64,000 bases of DNA from the NCBI GenBank assembly GCA_964016885.1, contig OZ024764.1, positions 28,086,001 to 28,150,000 on the forward strand. The letters run 5' to 3'. The position numbers were made by a program, and so were the translations under genes. Below are positions 29,401 through 41,414 of this stretch, piece by piece. This DNA is from Eledone cirrhosa (lineage: Eukaryota). Each line of letters starts with the position of its first letter. Positions within the stretch are counted from its first letter, which is position 1. The notes beneath the pieces are model-generated. The model had not been told where the DNA came from. It did no database searches and saw nothing but the letters and a program-made list of their open reading frames with translations.

Positions 29401-29863
29401 GCTCCACAGGCATGGGAGCCTGGGTAGAGATCCTTTGAATAAGATCTGTCCGAGATGCGTGCATGATGACGAAACCGTTGCGCACGCATTCGTACACTGC
29501 CCAGGCATTGCTGACCTGTGGGGCTATGTGGAACGACTACTGTCGAGGGTGGGACCAATCCGGTTGACCACCGAGTCCATTGTCACGATCAAACCGCCTC
29601 CCCCTTTCAAAAACGAAGGAGAGGCGGTTTTTCTCTGTGTGGTAGCCATGGCTAAAGAAGTTGTATGGTGGACGAGGCTGAAAGGGCTGAGGTCAGACAC
29701 CTTTCTCTCCGGCCAACAACTGGTCCCCTTTTTCAAATACCATTTTAAAAGAAGGATCAGAATGGAGAGAGAGGTGCTCTACCCCAGCAAGTTTTATGAA
29801 AGGTGGGTGAAAGTAGGGAGAATGGCCAGAGTGAATGGGTCTTCTCTCTATATCAGCCTGTAG
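26426..29863 (+). CDS. Tx1/L1 ORF2: APE endonuclease, reverse transcriptase, C-terminal Cys finger (1145 aa)
   Basis: FLNVRGL, GDWN, YLDR, SDH (APE); KSPGLDG, FRPITLLN, KAFDRV, QGCPLS, YADD (RT); GPGYWKLN typical of L1/Tx1; CPRC...ETVAHAFVHC. Confidence 0.95.
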   Translation: MADIRVGFLNVRGLGLSWKQGKLLNDLRSHRMDVMAICESRISSEHQLAPLFDDFEIFASLCQPGGGGGVVVLLRKHLGLAIQKVHLDPEGRLVVLDVGSSESGALRLIAVYAPFWAARPEYFQRLETFLGTSRSLLLVGDWNGILDARWDYVGACANRGGCKSLKRLIGRFDLADRYRLDFPTVPLWTWTNRSGTSRSYLDRVLVRENDRDTFSCPKMFMVDYSDHKLVTCIANLDRTHRQGPGYWKLNLSLPRSKAYSKRISTLVKQNLTGAIVNNRWWSSLKRAIRIESIGFSQELARDRNKTERELVDRVEEAIRSGNVAGVLASRMALDQFFEVKHEGCVVRSKIRALGNEGAKAVSWARVTEAKSGNKSTIRSLKDQDGRVILEPGQMCAAFQRHFARLFERGGAPGETMDFNPYLDGLPRLSDAEAKSCERTISAAEIGAALSQCGKRKSPGLDGLPYELYVAMPDLFSDILEAVYCNWQQNGRIPSSVTKGVVTLVRKDENKGDDISNFRPITLLNTELKILAKVLAKRLALVVGNLVGEAQTCAIPSRSIHDNLHLMRYIIERVGNEPGFGGALINLDQSKAFDRVDHRYLDAVLAAAGFGPVFRGWIAAMHSSNVCSRVKVNGHLSEPFQIMRSIRQGCPLSSLLYVLALEPLLRKLERLQGIPLEPGLQKAASAYADDVTVMVSKTSQIGEIGTLLEEYERFTGAKLNRDKSVGLQLGTWRGKPMPSNDVVGRWTEGPVKLLGVWFGPDLQVEKNWNEVTARVFALTQKWAQCKLSLKGRAEVANTYIASVIYYRLTVVPCPVKRLAKMECALFQFLWNKRTPLVRRSICCQHPSKGGLGMPWLQMRKHALRLRHLQVFLTGQPVWAPFVRRAFPRLVSLTELQSWVKQRPRKVGDWHIECAQALTALWKADPAISGDSTSTFYRGLVRSRCDDALGEALGMEEDELASLFGRTFGPGPMDNFQKSLAWQCYRGALPVRDKLHRHGSLGRDPLNKICPRCVHDDETVAHAFVHCPGIADLWGYVERLLSRVGPIRLTTESIVTIKPPPPFKNEGEAVFLCVVAMAKEVVWWTRLKGLRSDTFLSGQQLVPFFKYHFKRRIRMEREVLYPSKFYERWVKVGRMARVNGSSLYISL

Positions 29864-30925
29864 GTGAAAGAAGAGGAAAAAGCGGAGACGAGGGAAGCAC
29901 CTACTCTTTGTGCTCCTGAGGAGAAGGGTTACACATTTTTTCCGGGGTGTGTGCGACCCATGTTAATGCCCCCTCCCTATTGAGGACTTCGTTTGTTGTT
30001 GTTATTTCATTGTTATATTTTTGTACTCGTTAATTATATGTAAACTTCCCCCCTTGTATCTGTCCCTACCTTTTGTGCCCTAGTGGCAAATAAAGAAACC
30101 ACTCTATATATACTATTGTATTTTCACAGTAAAGGCTTTACCTCACATAACATTTACATTACTCTATATATACTATTGTATTTTCACAGTAAAGGCTTTA
30201 CCTCACATAATATCTCACATAACATTTACATTACTCTATATATACTATTGTATTGTCACAGTAAAGGCTTTACCTCACATAACATTTACATTACTCTATA
30301 TATACTATTGTATTGTCACAGTAAAGGCTTTACCTCACATAATACCTCACATAACATTTACATTACTCTATATATACTATTGTATGTTCACAGTAAAGGC
30401 TTTACCTCACATAATATCTCACATAACATTTACATTACTCTATATATACTATTGTATTTTCACAGTAAAGGCTTTACCTCACATAATATCTCACATAACA
30501 TTTACATTACTCTATATATACTATTGTATTTTCGCGGTAAAGGCTTTACCTTACATAATTATCTCACATAATATCAAATCAATGAGATTTTGATATTATT
30601 TATTTTGAGAACAATACTTTAACATTGGAATGAGTGGCCGGTTATGGCCGGTTTGAACAGAAAAGGTGAGAGAATTCTGGCCAGATACAGTCGGTTTGAA
30701 TGCTAATGGGTTAAGGGTGATTACTGACATGGTGCATTTAGTATGGTGCAGTATGCTGAAAGTTAAGTACGGTCATTCATTCTATTATATGCAGAAAAGT
30801 TGTGTCTTTTGACACAAACTGCTGGATCCTCGCTACGTCCTTCTTCTTCTTATTATTATTATTCCTAAGAGGGTCGTGGGGACAGGGTTAGATTAAGGAG
30901 GCTAAATGGTTTGAGTTATACTTAC

Positions 30926-31026
30926 ATCACAGGAAATACGCGGGGAAAGACAACAGAAGCCTCAGCTAAGTATTCATACAGTATTCGGGCTTCGTTTTCA
31001 TCTGTTGTGTTGCGGACCAAAGTTGC
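30926..31026 (-). CDS. NF1: Neurofibromin exon (101 nt, phase 0 to 2)
   Basis: ATLVRNTTDENEARILYEYLAEASVVFPRVFPV, near-identical to the NF1 RILYEYLAEASVVFP motif. cAG acceptor, GTAAGT donor. Confidence 0.96.
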
Positions 31027-31044
31027 CTGTCGAGAGAAAGAGAG

Positions 31045-31084
<40 letters not shown>

Positions 31085-31135
31085 TTTCTGAATTTGTTTA
31101 GCAAGATTCTTTATCTGAAAACGTGTGTTGAAACC

Positions 31136-31508
31136 GATATTGTTATACTTTGGGAGGGTCATGTTGCCAATAAGAAACACACGCACCAGTTGCTTTCACT
31201 CCAATTTATTATAAATTAAATTTATAAATTTCCGGTTGGTTGGTTCCACAGCCGGACGGTTGTTCATATATTGTCAACGTTCTTTCGTCACACATTCTGT
31301 GACCTCTTCAGTGACTGGGGATTCTTTTCTTTGTTTTGTGCCTCTAATTTGTTCTGTCCTACGCCATCTTGTTTTTGTGTGTGTTGTGTGCTTAGTTGGA
31401 ACCAACCAACCGGAAATTTATAAATTTAATTTATAATAAATTGGAGTGAAAGCAACTGGTGCGTGCATTTCTTATTGGCAACATGACCCTCCCAAAGTAT
31501 AACAATAT
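31136..31508. repeat. Fold-back element; related copy at 38545-38933
   Basis: ~100-bp arms with GGGAGGGTCAT. The spacer has CTGAAGA-G-GTCACA gaatg TGTGAC-GAAA on the minus strand (31273-31316). Confidence 0.75.
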
Positions 31509-31877
31509 ATATATATATGATGATGATGATACAAACGTTTATATATATACTATATTATATTTTGAGATTAAACTCTCAGTCGTTTACAATAAATCAGCTC
31601 CAAGAAAGGGGCATTTCCGAGCAGTTAAATATAAACTTGTCTTTATTGACTTATATCGAGACAGACAAATTGTATTCACTTTAATTAGTTTATTTCATTA
31701 ATAGCTAACTTTGTCTGTTACAATGCAAACACGTTTTGTGTTTATCATATATATCAATGCATATATATATATAGATAAGTATTGAAGTTTCCGTTGAAAT
31801 CTATTTTTATCTTTAATTTTATTAAACCAATGTATATTTGCTCTGGTACTTACATAGTATTGTATTGTTTATTATAC

Positions 31878-31915
<38 letters not shown>

Positions 31916-32084
31916 TTAATACAATAACAGAGATAGTTTAAAGCTAATCTCTGACTGGTAACCATCTCACTCAACAAACATTAGGTTATATTTTAATATA
32001 AACCCAATTTAAGTGTTTGGGGTGCTAACAATATGTATTATGTGGAAAAGCCAGTTGTATTATTTTAGGAGATATAATTAAATT

Positions 32085-32141
<57 letters not shown>

Positions 32142-32269
32142 TGGAAAGTGTGTGAAATCCTTGCTACAGTTAGGTATATTTAACAAAAGGGAAAGAATGA
32201 CTTCACTTCAAGTTCTAAACAATTTGATTTAATTTTATATTATGATTTTACAATTTGGTTTTGTAGATC

Positions 32270-33110
32270 TGGTGGCGGTGGTGATGTGGTGGTGATGTAG
32301 TGGTGGTGGTGTTAGTGTGGTGGTAGTAGTGTGGTGGTGATGTAGTGGTGGTGGTGTTAGTGTGGTGGTAGTAGTGGTGGTGGTGTTAGTGTGGTGGTAG
32401 TAGCGGTGTTGGTGATGTTGATGGTGATGGTGGTGGTGTGGTGGTGTTAGTGTGGTGGTAGTAGTGTGGTGGTGATGTAGTGGTGGTGGTGTTAGTGGTG
32501 GTGGTGTTGATGGTGATGGTGGTGGTGTTGTTAGTGTGGTGGTGATGTAGTGGTGGTGGTGGTGGTGGTGTTGGTGGTGTGGTGGTGTTAGTGTGGTGGT
32601 AGTAGTGTGGTGGTGATGTAGTGGTGGTGGTGTTGGTGGTGTGGTGGTGTGGTGGTAGTAGTGTGGTGGTGATGTAGTGGTGGTGGTGTTAGTGGTGGTG
32701 GTGTGGTGGTAGTAGAGTGGTGGTGATGTAGTGGTGGTGGTGGTGTTGGTGTGGTGGTAGTGGTGTGGTGGTGATGTAGTAGTGGTGGTGGTGTTGATGG
32801 TGGTGGTGTTTTGGTGTGGTGGTGTTAGTGTGGTGGTAGTGGTGTGGTGGTGATGTAGTGGTGGTGGTGTTGGTGGTGGCGGTGGTGGTGTGGTGGTGAT
32901 GTAGTGGTGGTGGTGTTAGTGGTGTTGATGGTGGTAGTGGTAGTGGTGGTGGCGGTGGTGGCGGTAGTGGTGTGGTGGTGATGTAGTGGTGGTGGTGGTG
33001 TTGGTGGTGTTGATGGTGGTGTTGATGGTGGCGGTGGTGATGTAGTGGTGGTGGTGTTAGTGGTGTTGATGGTGATAGTGGCGGTGGTGGCGGTGGTGGT
33101 GGTGGTGGTA
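32270..33110. repeat. GTG-rich low-complexity tract
   Basis: Degenerate (GGT)n directly downstream of an NF1 exon. Confidence 0.85.
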
Positions 33111-33141
33111 TTAGTCTCAATGTAATCGAAGCAGTACTTAC

Positions 33142-33378
33142 CAAGACCGTAAGAACCAGTACTTGCGTATCGTACCCTGTCAGTACCTCAGGATCTAAAA
33201 GTACGTTGTTTTCATTTGACACCGATCCGCGACCACTGCGAGGCAGGTTCAAACCAGACTTGGAGCTGTCTAACTTCTTGGAGCCAGGAGTCGGCATGGA
33301 ACTGCTACGAGTCTTAAACAATGGCGGCCGAGTAGAAGAATCGGCATCAAAACTCCGCCAAACTTTGGGACTGTTCAC
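33142..33378 (-). CDS. NF1: Neurofibromin exon (237 nt, phase 0 to 0)
   Basis: Ends ...SVSNENNVLLDPEVLTGYDTQVLVLTVL, similar to NF1 SVSESNVLLDEEVLTDPKIQALLLTVL. Acceptor ctctAG; donor TTG|GTAAGT. Confidence 0.93.
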
Positions 33379-33517
33379 CTAGAGTTCCGGAGAATGGCGA
33401 ATTGGATGGAATGGTTCAAAGGAAACAAAAAAAACAAAAAAAAATTAAAAATATGGAATGAAATATGAACTGCAGATTTTGAGAGGAAAAAAAATTTATA
33501 TATATATATACACATAC

Positions 33518-33563
<46 letters not shown>

Positions 33564-33833
33564 AGATCAAAAGATGGTTAAAGGAGTTCCATGTATTTTA
33601 TTATGCGCATTTCAAAAACAAACATCATCATGCAATAATATTTGTGTTTTCATCAGATAAAACAGGAGAACATGATATGAAGGCTAAAAAACACTTGTGG
33701 ATAGTGCAGTTTTAAATCAACATATCAAAATCATTTTGATCTTATATTATGTATACTCCAGTCCTACAAACTGTAGAGTGCTTCTTATCCGATATCTGCA
33801 TTGCTTTATTGTACTACAATAAAACTCACCTCC

Positions 33834-33874
<41 letters not shown>

Positions 33875-33959
33875 AAATGAAAATCCGACGGCAAGGTAAA
33901 ATTCCAATCATTTAATCACGACACATGTTTCAATAAGAGATAGATCGATTGTGAAGCCA

Positions 33960-34355
33960 TCCGACGCCTGGCAACTGACTTGGTAAACACCCACAAAATT
34001 GTTAACCATGTTGCCAACAACAACCCTGAGTACCTTTTTGATTTCCATGTGTCTAACACACGTGGACGTGCCCACAAAGTAAGAAAACAGCACAGTTCCC
34101 ATGACTTTCGGAAACATTTTTTCACGCTCAGAGTTGCTGAAGCATGGAACAAACTACCTGCATCAGTTGTTAGCTGTCGAGACACTGCATCCTTTAAAGC
34201 CTCCATGCTTCCCGAGATCCGCCAACACTACAGCTAACACATACACACATGTACTTCCCTGACATTTGTGTATTATTCTATGTACTATATTGACGAGTTG
34301 TGGTGCACCTGAGCACTTTACACAATAATTTCATTATTATTATCATTATTATTAT
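33960..34355 (+). mobile_element. CR1/L2-type LINE 3' fragment with (ATT)n tail
   Basis: TRGRAHKVRK...RKHFFTLRVAEAWNKLP is a typical CR1 ORF2 terminus; nested between the arms of a fold-back element. Confidence 0.8.
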
Positions 34356-34694
34356 ATGATCGATTATCACTGATCTCATCAGGTGAAAATGAATTGTCTT
34401 CAAATTCTTGACATGAGGGAGAAAAATAACGATGTTCTCTCACAGAATTCATTCGATGAGATCAGTGATAATCAATCATGGCTTCACAATCGATCTATCT
34501 CTTATTGAAACATGTGTCGTGATTAAATGATTGGAATTTTACCATGCCTTCGGATTTTCATTTTGATACTTATACCCCGTTTTACATCATCTAGCTGTTC
34601 CCTTGAATGGAATTGGAGATATACAAACGCGTGGAGAACTTAATATTGCTAACATAAATTTATTGGACCATTTTACACAACCAATAATGCACCT

Positions 34695-34758
<64 letters not shown>

Positions 34759-34886
34759 AAAGTTATATTTAAAATTGTTGGGTTACAACTAGTAAATATT
34801 TATAACTGATATAAAAGCACTCGACAAATATTTGGAGTATATTTACAATATTAAATAAATGGAAACTATATTTATAAAACCATATT

Positions 34887-34952
34887 TATTTCATTATATA
34901 TATTTCGGGGATATCATATTAACAATATGCTATGCCTTCCTCAGACAAAATA
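34887..34952 (-). ncRNA. Hammerhead (family A variant with CTGAGGA core)
   Basis: TATTTTGT-CTGAGGA...GAAA-TATATA-TA-ATGAAATA; stem II imperfect. Confidence 0.62.
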
Positions 34953-35136
34953 CAATATAAACAGTTTTATAGATAAATAGATTCGACATACCGTAACAAC
35001 ACAGACTTGCATTTGGAGAGGTTGAGCTGGCAGCTCAACCTCTCCAAATGCAAGTCTGTGTTGTTAATATGATATCCCCGAAATATATATAATGAAATAA
35101 ATATGGTTTTATAAATATAGTTTCCATTTATTTAAT

Positions 35137-35187
<51 letters not shown>

Positions 35188-35304
35188 GAGTTAAACAAGA
35201 TTCAATGAGTACATCAAAGAATAAGTTTTACAGTAGATTGGAAGCACTCTACAGTATAATATTTTCCAGAGTTTTTCCAGAGTTATTAATATTTGTATTT
35301 TAAT

Positions 35305-35339
<35 letters not shown>

Positions 35340-35414
35340 TAATATATATATATATATATATATAATTTATATATATTTTAATATATATATATATATATAT
35401 ATAATTTATATATA

Positions 35415-35452
<38 letters not shown>

Positions 35453-35527
35453 ATATATTTTAATATATATATATATATATATATAAGCAAAAGGGATATT
35501 CAATTTGTTGGTAATTCAACAAATATA

Positions 35528-35723
35528 ATAATAATAATGATAATAATGAAATATTGTGTACAGTGCTCAGGTGTACTACAACTCATCAAAAGTGTATGTA
35601 TAGTACATAGGGTAATGTACAAACATCAGGAAAATGAACAGTGCATGAGTCATGATACACACATGTGTGCATGTGTATGGAAGGGGTACATCAGGTGTAA
35701 GTTTGGCGAATTTCGGGAAGCAT
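35528..35723 (-). mobile_element. CR1-type 3' tail fragment
   Basis: Reverse-complement similarity to 34205-34350; interrupts a hammerhead-bearing element. Confidence 0.7.
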
Positions 35724-35823
35724 ATAAATGTTTATAACTGATTCAGAGCACTCAACAGATTTTCTGGAGTATAATATATCAATGATATTAAATAAATGGA
35801 AACTATATTTATAAAACCATATT

Positions 35824-35885
35824 TATTCTATTATATATATTTCAAGGGTACCAACAATTTTGGTACGCTATCATCAGATAAAATA
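35824..35885 (-). ncRNA. Minimal type I hammerhead (family A)
   Basis: Same architecture on the minus strand, core intact. Confidence 0.78.
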
Positions 35886-36163
35886 CAAAGTTTGTTTTAT
35901 AAGTATTTGACATAACCAAGGATAATATACCTTACTGGTTCAAGTTATCCCTGGAAAGTGAAGGGAAGAGAAGAGGAGAAAAAAAAAAGAGAAAAAAGAG
36001 AAGAAAAAAACCCCCAGATATTTAAAATTATTAATGAGTATGCAAATGAGGTTTATGTAAAAGAGCTGAAAAAAACGTTATTTTAGAAGCTATGGAAAAT
36101 TTAAATAATATATAATAGAATAAATATGGTTTTATAAATATAGTTTCCATTTCTTTAATATCA

Positions 36164-36194
<31 letters not shown>

Positions 36195-36542
36195 AATTAT
36201 TAAAAAAATATTATTTCTGAAGACAGTATATATATGTGAAGGTATGTATATTCCCTCTGATAGTTTGTATAATATTGTACATAGATCTATAGAATATGCA
36301 TACCAATTCTAACACATATATGTCCTAGAAACGATCGTAAAATAATGAACTTTTTTTGTTTAATATAAGGAACTGTTTGTTTGTTTATTCATTATTTTTT
36401 TAATAATTTATCTTGACTCTGTTTTCCGTTTATTTTTCACCGAAAGTAGTTTTTGAATGCATCTCTTCTTTTCATGATATCCGGATTACGTTGAGTTCTT
36501 CATACGGATTGGACATTACCGTAAACTTTTGGTAGATTTATC

Positions 36543-36576
<34 letters not shown>

Positions 36577-36770
36577 CGAAGGAATTGTGGTAAGGAACCA
36601 GATGGACCATAACGCACCAGAGTACTCAATACTTAGGGTAGTAGAGTGGGTAATAGGAAAAAGTATGACCCTGACGGCAGAGCTCAAGCCGTCTCAACGG
36701 CTATTTTTGGACTCAGTCCAGCAATAGCCGTCGAAACGGCTTGAGCTCTGCCATCGGGGTCATACTTTTT

Positions 36771-36815
<45 letters not shown>

Positions 36816-36905
36816 ATATATATATATATAATTGGTGTTGGATGCTTAAAGCGTCCGTATGCGGTAGGCCGTATAGGCACTCAATACTCTCATAGAGCAG
36901 AGTAT

Positions 36906-37188
36906 GATATCACAGAAAAAAAGAGAATCAGTGTTGTGACGAATGGAATTTATTGGACATATTACAATCGTTTCCCTGGCAACCAGGTCGAGGCACGATC
37001 GATGTGATGATTGAACCCGACTCTGAAAATCTGCTTTGTAGAATCAAGACGTATCTGATGAGGACCTTGCGATTTTCAGAGTCAGGTTCGATCATCACAT
37101 CGATCGTGCCCCGACCTGGTTGCCAGAGAAACGATTGTAATATGTCCAATAAATTCCATTTGTCGCAACACAGATTCTCTTTTTTTTT

Positions 37189-37196
<8 letters not shown>
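36906..37196. repeat. Fold-back element with a long-stem-II hammerhead-like motif (37048-37146, plus)
   Basis: ~120-bp arms; GACGTAT-CTGATGA...GAAA-CGATTG-TA-ATATGTC. Confidence 0.7.
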
Positions 37197-37222
<26 letters not shown>

Positions 37223-37468
37223 CACTCTACATGGCTGAATACAATAAATGCAATCTGAGTTTTTCGAATATTAATAATAATATTCGATTTGTTTGCAATT
37301 ATGCAAACAGCCTCTTTTTTAAAGCCATGTCAGTAGAATGAGCCCCTCATTCTTGCTCTTGTGTTGGCATGGGAATAATTCTACTGACATGGCTTTAAAA
37401 AAGAGGCTGTTTGCATAATTGCAAACGAATCGAATATTTATTATTGACATTCAAAAAACTCAGATTGC

Positions 37469-37520
<52 letters not shown>

Positions 37521-37894
37521 TATAGATAGATATGTAGATATATATATATATATGTAGATATATATATATTGGTTTTGCCGTCCAAAGAGCTCAGGCTTTC
37601 ATAACAGATAGTCCTCAGCGGAAAGGGATTTTAAATAAACCTGGATCAACTGAATATGGCCTCAAATCTTTTATATATATATATATAAATAATATAAGAT
37701 CAAAAGATGGTTAAAAGAGTTCCAAGTATTTTATTATGCGCATTTCAAAAACAAATATCATCATGGGATGATATCTCTGTTTTCATCAAATAAAATAGGG
37801 ATACATGATATGAAGCTTAAAAAACACTTGTGAATATGTTGATTTAAAACTTCACTATTCACAAGTGCTTTTTAAGCTTCATATCATGTATCCC

Positions 37895-37965
37895 TATTTT
37901 ATCTGATGAAAACGCAGATATCATCCCATGATGATATTTGTTTTTGAAATGCGCATAATAAAATA
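37895..37965 (+). ncRNA. Minimal type I hammerhead (family B)
   Basis: TATTTTAT-CTGATGA-long stem II-GAAA-TGCGCA-TA-ATAAAATA. The inverted partner at 37727-37797 has TTGATGA; another intact-core copy is at 33594-33664 (minus). Confidence 0.8.
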
Positions 37966-38086
37966 CTTGGAACTCTTTTAACCATCTTTTGATCTTATAT
38001 TATTTATACTCCAGTCCTACAAACTGTAGAGTGCTACTTATCTGATATTTGCATTGCTTTATTGTGCTACAATAAAACTCACCTCC

Positions 38087-38132
<46 letters not shown>

Positions 38133-38468
38133 AGGAGTGAAGAATATCATGGTCAACAGTACAAAAAACAATATTAACAATTGTTTCCTTGATTAGGGTG
38201 TCTAAAGATTGCTTTCTTTAGACATCCTAATCAATGAAACAATTGTTAATACGATAAATAAAACCCTTTTTGTACAGCCGACCATGTTATTCTTCAGTCT
38301 TTCACTATTATTACCCCAAGATTAACCTGCATAGGAATTCCCAGGAACTCGCCACCTAACTAAGGAAACCTCTTGTTGAGTCAAACAACTCCGTACGTTA
38401 AAACTATCCGCAATACAGAGTACCCACAACCTCTAACTGGATTACCTATAACGATAATTTGTTATCCC

Positions 38469-38503
<35 letters not shown>

Positions 38504-39258
38504 GTTTTGCGAGGTTTTTGATATGAAATCGTGTGTCGAAACAAATATTGTTATACTTGGGGAGGGTCATATTTGTGTAATATTGCCAGAATTAATAACA
38601 CAACACACTCACTGTTTGGTTTGTTTTTTGCTTCTGTGTCTTTTATATCGGTTAATTTAATTTATTCGGTCCTCAATGTTGCCATTGACTGCCCAACGGT
38701 CAAAAATACAGATACAATATAGACACAAACACATATATATAGTGTTTGTGTTTGTGTCTATATTGTATCTGTATTTTTGACCGTTGGTCAGTCAATGGCA
38801 ACATTGAGGACCGAATAAATTAAATTAACCGATATAAAAGACACAGAAGCGAAAACCAACCAGACAGTGAGTGTGTTCTGTTATTAATTCTGGCAATATT
38901 ACACAAATATGACCCTCCCCAAGTATAACAATATATATATATATATATACAGTAGAACTTTGCAGCATAAGTGTCCCATTGAGTTTCATACAATTAATAA
39001 AACTGGAATTCTGGCCAGATATGTCAAGTGTATGTGCTAAAGGGTTAAGAAAGACGTAAGATGCAGTGTGGAAGACATAACCAATAACTTCAAGACTTAC
39101 AAATATATTACAACATAGAAAAGATAACATTATGAGACACAGCAGACTTCCGAGAACATAGAAACAGTTAGAAGACCCGCAAATAATGAAAAGGTGTAAT
39201 ACTGTGTTCACTCATGCACACATTAAACAGAAGACTACTGAATAATAATGATAATAAT

Positions 39259-39597
39259 AATTGTTTCTACTTTAGGCACAAGGCCAGCAATTATCCCAGT
39301 GTATTACTGGTACTTTATTTTATCGACCCCGGTAAGGATGAAAGGCAAAGTGAACCTCGGCGGGATTTGAACTCAGTCCGTAAAGGGCCGTAACTCTATG
39401 CTGGAAAGCATGGCGTCCAACCCTCTACCGATACTGCCAATCCACATAGGCACGAGGCCAGTAATTTAGGGGGGAGGGGAAAGTCAATTAAATTGACCCC
39501 AGTACATTACTGGTACTCTATTTTATCGACCCCCCTTAAGAATGAAAGGGAAAGTCAACCTCGGCAGGATTTGAACTCAGACCGTAACGGGCCAACA
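39259..39597 (-). mobile_element. Two tandem copies of the second SINE family
   Basis: gtactttattttatcgaccc...gatgaaaggcaaagt...gatttgaactcag present twice. Confidence 0.7.
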
Positions 39598-39924
39598 ATA
39601 ATAACATACAAGTGTTTAGAAACAAGCAGAATTTGAAATTTGCCGAAAAAGTTAGACACATTTAATGAAGCTTCTAACTTTCTCATAAATAATAATAATA
39701 ATCATGACAACAATAACAACAACAACAAGATTTACAATAGAAATTAATAGGATTAGGAAAAAAAGTGTCATGGCAAATTTTGAAGAGCGGAAAATTATAA
39801 AAAATATTGACATCACATAGTTCCACTGTGGAACCGAGTAACCCTAACCCTAACCCCACCATCAGGCCAAAAAATTTATTTAGTCAAAAATACAGAGAAA
39901 CCTTCTACTAAATAAATAAATATA

Positions 39925-40501
39925 TATATATATATAGTATTAGTATACTATTAGTATACTAAATATATATATATATATAGTATTAGTTATACTATTTATG
40001 GTTATGTAAACAGTTCTTTGATTCTTATATAGTATTAGTATACTATTAGTATACTAAATATATATATATATATAGTATTAGTTATACTATTTATGGTTAT
40101 GTAAACAGTTCTTTGATTCTTATATAGTATTAGTATACTATTAGTATACTAAATATATATATATATATAGTATTAGTTATACTATTTATGGTTATGTAAA
40201 CAGTTCTTTGATTCTTATATAGTATTAGTATACTATTAGTATACTAAATATATATATATATATAGTATTAGTTATACTATTTATGGTTATGTAAACAGTT
40301 CTTTGATTCTTATATAGTATTAGTATACTATTAGTATACTAAATATATATATATATATAGTATTAGTTATACTATTTATGGTTATGTAAACAGTTCTTTG
40401 ATTCTTATATAGTATTAGTATACTATTAGTATACTAAATATATATATATATATAGTATTAGTTATACTATTTATGGTTATGTAAACAGTTCTTTGATTCT
40501 T

Positions 40502-40505
<4 letters not shown>
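39925..40505. repeat. 95-bp perfect tandem repeat x6
   Basis: ATTCTTATAT recurs at 40021, 40116, 40211, 40306, 40401, 40496. Confidence 0.92.
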
Positions 40506-40582
<77 letters not shown>

Positions 40583-40977
40583 GAATAATCGAGAATTGGA
40601 ATTTCAGCCCACGAAATCACGATAAACAATATCCGATATATGTGGCAGAGGGCTCAATAATTTGGAAAATCAGAGCTATAACTATCGTTAAAATACCAAC
40701 ACAGAGGTCATGCCTAAAATCAGCCATGATCCTTTTTATATATATATATATATATAAAAAGGATCGATCGACTTTCGTCAAATCGGACCGAGGAAACAAT
40801 GTTTCCATTGGTCTTTCCAGTTGCTAGTACTATCTATCGGTTGCAACTCCAGGTAGAAGGAGCAACGTGAAATGAAGTGTCTTGGTCAAGGACATAACGC
40901 AGCGCCTGGTCCAGGAATCGAACTCACAACCTCAAGATTGTGAATCCAATTCTCTAACCACTCAGCCACACGCCTTC

Positions 40978-41013
<36 letters not shown>

Positions 41014-41016
41014 ATG

Positions 41017-41235
41017 TTAACCCTTTAGCATTTACACTATATATACTATTGTATTTTTGTGGTAAACACTATATCACATAATTATCTGACATATCGAATC
41101 TACGAGATTTTGATATCATTTATTTTAAGAACAATACCTCAACATCAGTATGAGCAGCCGGTTACAACCAGTTTGAACAGAAAGAGATGAGAGAATTTTG
41201 GCCGGATATGGCCAATTTAAATGCTAAAGGGTTAA
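41017..41235 (+). mobile_element. piggyBac-like MITE, short array-less form
   Basis: TTAA-CCCTTTAGCATTTA ... TAAATGCTAAAGGG-TTAA (TTAA included in coordinates). Confidence 0.85.
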
Positions 41236-41352
41236 AGAACAAACTTTTGATTAATTTCTTCATTTTTCTATACTTCACGTCTAGTATTTATTTTTGCTAT
41301 ACATTTAAAAATATATATAAATATATATACAATGATATTAAAACACACTTCG

Positions 41353-41414
41353 TATTTTATCTGATGATAGCGTACCAACATTTTTGGTACCCTTGAAATA
41401 TATATAATAGAATA
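41353..41414 (+). ncRNA. Minimal type I hammerhead ribozyme (family A)
   Basis: TATTTTAT-CTGATGA-T-[AGCGTACCAA cattt TTGGTACCCTT]-GAAA-TATATA-TA-ATAGAATA: 8-bp stem I, palindromic stem III. Confidence 0.8.

Larger units (their letters stand above)
24451..30100 (+). mobile_element. Full-length L1/Tx1-clade non-LTR retrotransposon
   Basis: 5'UTR, ORF1, 21-nt spacer, ORF2, 3'UTR with AATAAA at 30089. Sharp junctions with 60-bp repeat units on both sides. Confidence 0.92.
23983..30714 (+). mobile_element. MITE with 60-bp array interrupted by the Tx1-like LINE; left TIR lost
   Basis: Array at 23983-24450 and 30101-30570; right arm ends TGCTAATGGG-TTAA at 30714. Confidence 0.8.

Noticed and set aside
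32689-33141. Pro/His-rich C-terminal extension of the NF1 ORF
   Set aside because: Read-through past a strong GTAAGT donor into a low-complexity intron tract.
39840-39857. Telomeric (TAACCC)n
   Set aside because: Only about 3 copies; too short to call an interstitial telomere.
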